A program made the position numbers and the translations under genes. Shown here one piece after another: positions 58,417-64,000 of a stretch of DNA of 64,000 bases; the first letter of the stretch is position 1, and the number at the start of each line of letters is the position of its first letter. Origin of the DNA: Gemmatimonadota bacterium (lineage in GTDB: Bacteria > Latescibacterota > UBA2968 > UBA8231); the NCBI GenBank assembly GCA_038153405.1, contig JAYOYH010000012.1, positions 1 to 64,000 on the forward strand, given 5' to 3'. The notes below the pieces were generated by a model. It was not told the DNA's origin, did not search any database, and was given only the letters and a program-made list of their open reading frames with translations.

Positions 58417-60042
58417 CTAGCGATTCGGTCGCACGACTTGTCCGGGGGTCGCCCCCGTGTGCTCTCCGTCGCGCACCACCCGCACCCCGTTGACCCACAC
58501 GTCCTGCACGCCCACCGAAAGCTGGTGTGGGTCTTCAAAGGTCGCCCGGTCGCCTATGGTCGCTTCGTCAAAGACCACGACGTCGGCCTGCAGGCCGCGC
58601 ACCAACAGACCGCGATCGCCCAGCGACAGGCGCGTGGCCACGGCGCCGCTCATTTTATGCACGGCCTCTTCTAAGGACAGTATCTTTTCTTCGCGCACAT
58701 ACTTGCCGAGCACGCGCGGATAGGTGCCGTAGCCACGCGGGTGCACCGGACCATAAGCCTTGGCCCACGTCGGATCGTGGCCGCCAGCATCGGTCGACAC
58801 TTTAATCCAAGGCAGGCCCAGTTGCAGGGCAACATTTTCTTCGCTCATTGAAAAGTAGATGGTGCTGATGCGCTGACGCTCGCTCAGCAGCAGGTCGCAC
58901 ACCGCATCAAACCAATCCTGGCCGCGTTCCCGCGCAATGTCCGAAAGGCGACGCCCCACGTAGGGCTTATTCTCTTCCTTCTGAAAGCCGATCGGCATCA
59001 CGCCCTCCTGCCCATGCTGGTCGACCATGGCCTCCCAGCGCCCACCCGGCTGCATGGACTCGGCTTTGATTTCGGCGCGCTTGGCCGCATTTTCGAGGTT
59101 CTCAAAGAGCTTGCCTTCGGCCGCCGCCCACGGCGGCAGCACCGACGAAAGCCCGGTACCCGAAGCGGGATAAGGATACATATCGGCTGTCACGTCGAGC
59201 CCGCCGGCGCGCGCCGCATCGATCTTTTCAATGACCTGCTGCATCGCGCCCCAGTTGCGCCGACCAGCCGCCTTCAGGTGATAGATCTCCACCGGCAGGC
59301 CGCTGTCGCGACCGATGCGCAGCGCTTCGTCTACCGCTTCGAGAAGCGCGTCGCCCTCCGAGCGAATATGGGTTATGTACAGGCCGCCATAGCGCGCGGC
59401 TTCCTTGCACACCTCCACGATTTCCTCGGTCTCGGCATAGGCATCCGGCGGGTAGATTAGCGCATAGGACGGCCCGAAGGATCCGTCTTCCATCGCCTCG
59501 GCCATCACCCGGCGCATCAGCACCCGTTCGTCGGCCGTCGGTGCACGCATTTCCAGTCCCATCGCATATTCGCGCAGCGTGCCCGCCCCTAGGAAGGAGC
59601 CCACATTGGGCGACACGCCCGTCTCGACCATGGCCGCCAGCCAATCGCCAAAGCGGTGCCATTGGCCCGCCCGTTCGACCCACTCAGCCAGGCGCTCCCC
59701 GTATATACCCATGCTCAGCGCCTGTTCAATGCGTCCGCCAAACGGGGCCGGCGTCCACGCCTCGCCCATAATTTCGGTGGTGACGCCCTGCGTAATTTTC
59801 GACAGACAGCGGCCGTCGAGCATCAGCGGTACGATCGAATGGCTCTGGATATCGATAAAGCCCGGACACACCACTCGACCCCGCGCATCGACGACCTCTG
59901 ACGCATCGCCGTCGGCCAGCACGTCGGGCGCCGTGATGTCTGCAATGCGCTCGCCGCGCAAACCGATATCGCCATAGCGCCACGGACCGCCCGTGCCGTC
60001 GACGACCTTGCCGTTGCGAATCAACACGTCTAGTGCAGCCAT
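58417..60042 (-). CDS. N-acyl-D-amino-acid deacylase (D-aminoacylase) family amidohydrolase
   Basis: VVDGTG, PGFID, QGVTT, HIRSE, HLK, STD, HPRGYGTYPR. Confidence 0.9.
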   Translation of the reverse strand: MAALDVLIRNGKVVDGTGGPWRYGDIGLRGERIADITAPDVLADGDASEVVDARGRVVCPGFIDIQSHSIVPLMLDGRCLSKITQGVTTEIMGEAWTPAPFGGRIEQALSMGIYGERLAEWVERAGQWHRFGDWLAAMVETGVSPNVGSFLGAGTLREYAMGLEMRAPTADERVLMRRVMAEAMEDGSFGPSYALIYPPDAYAETEEIVEVCKEAARYGGLYITHIRSEGDALLEAVDEALRIGRDSGLPVEIYHLKAAGRRNWGAMQQVIEKIDAARAGGLDVTADMYPYPASGTGLSSVLPPWAAAEGKLFENLENAAKRAEIKAESMQPGGRWEAMVDQHGQEGVMPIGFQKEENKPYVGRRLSDIARERGQDWFDAVCDLLLSERQRISTIYFSMSEENVALQLGLPWIKVSTDAGGHDPTWAKAYGPVHPRGYGTYPRVLGKYVREEKILSLEEAVHKMSGAVATRLSLGDRGLLVRGLQADVVVFDEATIGDRATFEDPHQLSVGVQDVWVNGVRVVRDGEHTGATPGQVVRPNR

Positions 60043-60067
60043 CGCACGCTCCTATTGTGCAATGCGA

Positions 60068-61822
60068 TCAGCCCTGCACAGGCCGCAAATTGAGCAGCAC
60101 CAGCAGCCAGCCGCGATGCCAGTAGGCACTGTTGATATAGGGGTTTTCCTCCGTCGGCCAATTTGTCCAATAGGTCTCGTTGTGCGGAATGCGATGGTAC
60201 CACTGTACAAGAGGAATAGACGGCAGCTGGTCCAGCCAGATCTGCATTGCCTCGCGGTAGAGTTGCATCAGCCGAGGATCGCCCGGCGCCACTTCGGCCA
60301 TCTGGTCGACGACGCGATCAAAGTCTCTGTTGGGCCAGCGCCAAAAATACTCGGCCGAGGTGCCCGTCGGCTGCACAAAGCGGCTGTGGTAGAGGCGCAG
60401 CGTAAAGTAGGGATCGCGCACCGAACCGCCGTGGCCGTTTATGAAAGCGCGTGCCTCGCCCTGCGCCATGCGCGAATAGGCGTCCGAGGTCATGCGAAAA
60501 TCGGCATCGAAGCCGGCGCGCTCCAGCTGTGCAACCAGCACCGGCGCCAAATCATTGAATATGGGAAAGATGTCGATAATAATGCGAAAGGGGCGGCCGT
60601 CTTTTTGCCAGTAGCCGTCCTCGCCCCGCTTCCATCCCTTAGCGCGCATAATTTCGGCGCTCTTGTCGACGTCAAAGATGCCCACCTTGCTCGCTTGCAG
60701 CAGGTCTTCTACGGCCCTGAAGTAGGGCCTGAGCGCAGGATAGTCGGGAAAGGGCAACAGCGTTGGTTTGCCGGCGCCCTGCCAGCCTATTTCCACCAGC
60801 TGGTCCCGATCGATCGCGTAGTTTATCGCGCGGCGCAGATCGGGATCGTCAAAAGGTGGTTCCAGCGTATTAAAGCCGAGCGAGATCGGCCAGAAGTCGA
60901 CGTATCCCATCGGCGATTGGCGCCCCGTCCACGTGCTGACGCGCGCGTTGCGGTCGACGATTGTCTGAATGTTGGGCGGTCGCAGGTCTAAGCTCGTATC
61001 CATCGCGTTGGCGATGAGGTTCTGCACGCGCTTGGCCTCCTCCATATAGGGTAGGTAGATAACGCGCTCCACCTGCGGCTTTTTGGCCAAGCCCACGTTC
61101 TCACCCCACCAATTGTCGCGCACGTCCCAGATGCGCTGCTGCGGCGAGGATAGGACCATGGTATAGGGCCCCGACACGACGGGCCAACCGTTTTGCAGGT
61201 CAAAATTTTCAAACGTATTGGGATCTTTGCCCTCCCATATATGGCGCGGCACGATTGGCACGCCAATGCCGAACGTTGCCGTCAAGTAGGAAAACGCAAA
61301 GCGCGGGTTGGGCGCCGTCAGCTCGATGCGGGCCGTCAGCGAATCGACGGCTACCGCCGTTTTTACCCAGTTGGCCATATCCGTCGAATAGGTCAGCGAG
61401 GGGGCATTGTCCTTGAGCATATTGACAGTGAAGACCACGTCATGCGCCGTCCATGGCATGCCGTCGCTCCACTCAACGCCTTCGCGAATATGGACGACCA
61501 GCTCCGTATAGTCGTCGTTGAACTCGTGTCCGGTGGCAATCCAGGGAATGACCTCATCCTTGAACGCGTTGTAGTAGTAAAGCGGCTCATAGAGAAAGTT
61601 ATATCCCGTGCGCGAAGTCGTACCGGGCAAGAAGGGATTAAAGGAATTGTAGTCTTGGATTTGACCGCCGCAAATATTGCTCTCGGCGCAATCCATAATG
61701 AGCGTGCGATTGCGCGGCACGTTGGCCAAGCTAGCACCCGCCCCTCCGCTGCCGGCGGGCTGCTCACTGCAGCCAGCCCACAAAAAGACCACCCATGCGA
61801 GAATCGTGCATCGTTTTGCCAA
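60068..61822 (-). CDS. ABC transporter substrate-binding lipoprotein, family 5 (oligopeptide/oligosaccharide)
   Basis: TTG 61822 after AGGAG, lipobox WAGC, LYEPL, IREGVEWSDG.P.TA.DVVFT, RRAINYAIDR. Confidence 0.92.
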   Translation of the reverse strand: MAKRCTILAWVVFLWAGCSEQPAGSGGAGASLANVPRNRTLIMDCAESNICGGQIQDYNSFNPFLPGTTSRTGYNFLYEPLYYYNAFKDEVIPWIATGHEFNDDYTELVVHIREGVEWSDGMPWTAHDVVFTVNMLKDNAPSLTYSTDMANWVKTAVAVDSLTARIELTAPNPRFAFSYLTATFGIGVPIVPRHIWEGKDPNTFENFDLQNGWPVVSGPYTMVLSSPQQRIWDVRDNWWGENVGLAKKPQVERVIYLPYMEEAKRVQNLIANAMDTSLDLRPPNIQTIVDRNARVSTWTGRQSPMGYVDFWPISLGFNTLEPPFDDPDLRRAINYAIDRDQLVEIGWQGAGKPTLLPFPDYPALRPYFRAVEDLLQASKVGIFDVDKSAEIMRAKGWKRGEDGYWQKDGRPFRIIIDIFPIFNDLAPVLVAQLERAGFDADFRMTSDAYSRMAQGEARAFINGHGGSVRDPYFTLRLYHSRFVQPTGTSAEYFWRWPNRDFDRVVDQMAEVAPGDPRLMQLYREAMQIWLDQLPSIPLVQWYHRIPHNETYWTNWPTEENPYINSAYWHRGWLLVLLNLRPVQG

Positions 61823-61906
61823 GAAGTGCGCTCCTATGCTAAGTGCCGGCAAAAATACTCGGCAATATTTCCGTACTCGTGAAGACGACAGCGCGCGCGC
61901 CGCGTC

Positions 61907-61937
61907 TATAGCTTCCGTATATATGGCTTCCATATAT
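61907..61937. promoter_or_regulatory. Overlapping direct and inverted repeat in a divergent intergenic region
   Basis: TATAGCTTCCGTATA/TATGGCTTCCATATA tandem (13/15 identical) and palindrome ATATATGG-CTT-CCATATAT (61919-61937). Confidence 0.5.
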
Positions 61938-62007
61938 TATCTTGTAGCCGTCTCACAAGTAGTGCATTATACTACGCAAAAAACCACTCTTCGGGAAAGG
62001 ACACTCC

Positions 62008-62796
62008 ATGCGCTGTCAAGAAATAGACTATCATATATACGGCAACGACCTACAGGTGGTGGAGGTCGAACTCGACCCCGGCGAAACCGTCATTGCCGAA
62101 GCAGGGGCGATGAACTGGATGGACGACCGGATCAGCTTTGAGAGCAAAATGGGCGACGGCTCTAAGGCCGACGAGGGCTTTATGGGCAAGCTCCTCAGCG
62201 TCGGCAAGCGCGCGCTGACCGGCGAGTCGCTCTTTATGACTCATTTTACCAACGATGGACGCGACAAAAAGCGCGTCGCCTTTGCTGCACCCTATCCAGG
62301 ACATATCATTCCCATCGACATGGCGCACATCGGCGAGGAACTCATATGTCAGAAGGATTCTTTTCTCTGCGCGGCACTGGGCACTGAACTCAGCATCGCC
62401 TTTACCCGCCGACTCGGCAGCGGCTTTTTTGGTGGCGAGGGCTTTATCCTACAGCGACTGCGCGGCGATGGCATGGCCTTTGTGCACGCCGGTGGAACCG
62501 TCGTCAAGAAGGAGCTCAACAACGAACTACTCCGCGTCGATACGGGCTGTCTGGTCGCCTTTACGCCCGGCATTGACTACGATATCGAAATGACGCGCGG
62601 CCTCAAGTCGATGTTCTTTGGCGGCGAGGGGTTGTTCTTGGCCACCCTGCAGGGTACGGGCACCGTCTATCTGCAGAGCCTGCCTTTTTCGCGTCTGGCT
62701 GATCGCATTCTCGAGAATATGCCTTCGGCCGGAGGCAAGCAGCAGGGCGAAGGCTCCGTGCTGGGCGGTCTCGGCCGCATGATCGACGGCGACTAA
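62008..62796 (+). CDS. TIGR00266 / AIM24 family protein
   Basis: [33 protein letters not shown]. Confidence 0.93.
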   Translation: MRCQEIDYHIYGNDLQVVEVELDPGETVIAEAGAMNWMDDRISFESKMGDGSKADEGFMGKLLSVGKRALTGESLFMTHFTNDGRDKKRVAFAAPYPGHIIPIDMAHIGEELICQKDSFLCAALGTELSIAFTRRLGSGFFGGEGFILQRLRGDGMAFVHAGGTVVKKELNNELLRVDTGCLVAFTPGIDYDIEMTRGLKSMFFGGEGLFLATLQGTGTVYLQSLPFSRLADRILENMPSAGGKQQGEGSVLGGLGRMIDGD

Positions 62797-62933
62797 CGAC
62801 CGTAAAGACGACTGCGCTGGTCAATAGAATCCGCTGTCGGTTGACACGGCGCCGCGTTGTGGCGAAAATGTGCCCGCGCTGGGGCCCGATGCCCCAGCGC
62901 GCTATCGCACACTAACCTGCACGAGGCGCTCCT

Positions 62934-64000
62934 ATGTATGATCTCCTCCTCAAGAACGGCCTCCTCATCGACGGCAGCGGGGCCCCTGCCTTCCAAGCTG
63001 ACATCGCCGTCCAAGACGGGCGCATCGCCGCCATCGGCGCGCTTGGCGACGGACCCGCGCGCCAAACGGTCGATGCCAGCGACCGCTGCGTGTGCCCCGG
63101 CTTTATCGATATCCATACGCACTCCGACCTGACCATCGCCCTCGACGGGCGCGCCTACAGTTCGCTGGCACAGGGCATCACCACGCAGATCATGGGCAAC
63201 TGCGGCGTCTCCGCCGCGCCTACGCGCGATGGCGCCCTGTACTACGGACCGCTAGACCCAAGCATGACGCGCGGCCTGGTCTGCGACTGGGCGCACTTCG
63301 ACCAGTATTTTGCGCGCCTCGAAGACCAGGGCTTGGGCACCAATACCGCTACGCTCGTCGGCCACGGCAATATTCGCGTCGCCGCCATGGGATACGACGA
63401 TCGACCGCCAACGACAAGCGAAATGGCTGTTATGCGCGAGCTGGTCGAGCGCGCCATGCACGACGGCTGCTTCGGTTTGTCCAGCGGCCTGGCCTACGCG
63501 CCGGGTCCCTACGCCGCCCTCGATGAATTAGTTGAACTGAGTGAAGTCGTCGCGCGCCACGGCGGCATCTACACCTCGCACATCCGCAACCAGACCGAGG
63601 GCATCGCCGCTGCCGTAGGCGAGGTGACCAGCGTCGGCCAGCGCGCGCGCTTGGCCGCGCACGTCTCGCATATGCAGCCAGGCGCGCCGATGATCGGCTC
63701 AACGCGCCAGCTGCTCGACGACATCGATGCCCTGCGCGCCAGCGGCATGGATATCAGCTGCGATGCCATTCCCTATACCATCGGCAGCACTACGCTCAAA
63801 TCGCTCCTGCCGCCCTGGGCACTGGACGGCGGCGACGAGGCGCTGCTGCGCCGGTTAAACGATCTGGAAATGCGCGAGAAGATCAAGGCCGATACCATGC
63901 AGTACGGCGCGGAGAGCGGAGGTAGCCGCAAGCGCAACCTAGTCAAAAGCCAGCAGTGGGAGAAAATCTGGCTGGGCAGCGCCGAGCACAACGCCGCGCT
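62934..64000 (+). CDS. D-aminoacylase family amidohydrolase, truncated by the window edge
   Basis: Not in the ORF track. Manual translation gives MYDLLLKNGLLIDGSG...PGFIDIHTHSD...QGITTQIMGNCG...SSGLAYAPG...HIRN...SH. Confidence 0.9.
   Translation, partial: MYDLLLKNGLLIDGSGAPAFQADIAVQDGRIAAIGALGDGPARQTVDASDRCVCPGFIDIHTHSDLTIALDGRAYSSLAQGITTQIMGNCGVSAAPTRDGALYYGPLDPSMTRGLVCDWAHFDQYFARLEDQGLGTNTATLVGHGNIRVAAMGYDDRPPTTSEMAVMRELVERAMHDGCFGLSSGLAYAPGPYAALDELVELSEVVARHGGIYTSHIRNQTEGIAAAVGEVTSVGQRARLAAHVSHMQPGAPMIGSTRQLLDDIDALRASGMDISCDAIPYTIGSTTLKSLLPPWALDGGDEALLRRLNDLEMREKIKADTMQYGAESGGSRKRNLVKSQQWEKIWLGSAEHNAA

Overview
This is a GC-rich bacterial chromosomal window with about 50 protein genes. 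I found no rRNA, tRNA, CRISPR array or mobile element. The expanded paralogous secreted proteins and the many PhyH, Gfo/Idh/MocA, amidohydrolase and peptide-binding genes suggest an uncultured Latescibacterota-like organism (inference only). From left to right: (1) a truncated secreted LamG protein and a GT4 glycosyltransferase; (2) a long minus-strand catabolic/transport run (fused DUF1538 with a tandem PII-like partner, PhyH, HpcH aldolase, 2-hydroxyacid dehydrogenase, amidohydrolase, HAD, deoxyhypusine-synthase-like protein, PfkB kinase, heparinase II/III-like protein); (3) umuDC preceded by a 38-bp palindrome with perfect 18-bp arms, divergent from a YprB-like nuclease; (4) an ECF sigma/anti-sigma/periplasmic sensor/Spy-like module with a shared promoter motif; (5) hemA-ccsA; (6) a sigma54-type promoter ahead of DUF2892 and an unannotated small membrane ORF with an in-frame UGA and a SECIS-like hairpin (candidate selenoprotein); (7) a 14-kb operon of three paralogous discoidin/FlgD-Ig secreted proteins, two paralogous ~900-aa putative outer-membrane proteins, an internalin-like LRR lipoprotein and an oxidoreductase; (8) housekeeping and metabolic genes (class I fumarase, OYE, moeA, Ldh-family, SDR, VOC, NUDIX, acs, glycogen debranching enzyme); (9) a peptide/D-amino-acid catabolic neighbourhood. 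Family assignments come from motif recognition by eye; no database searches were run.
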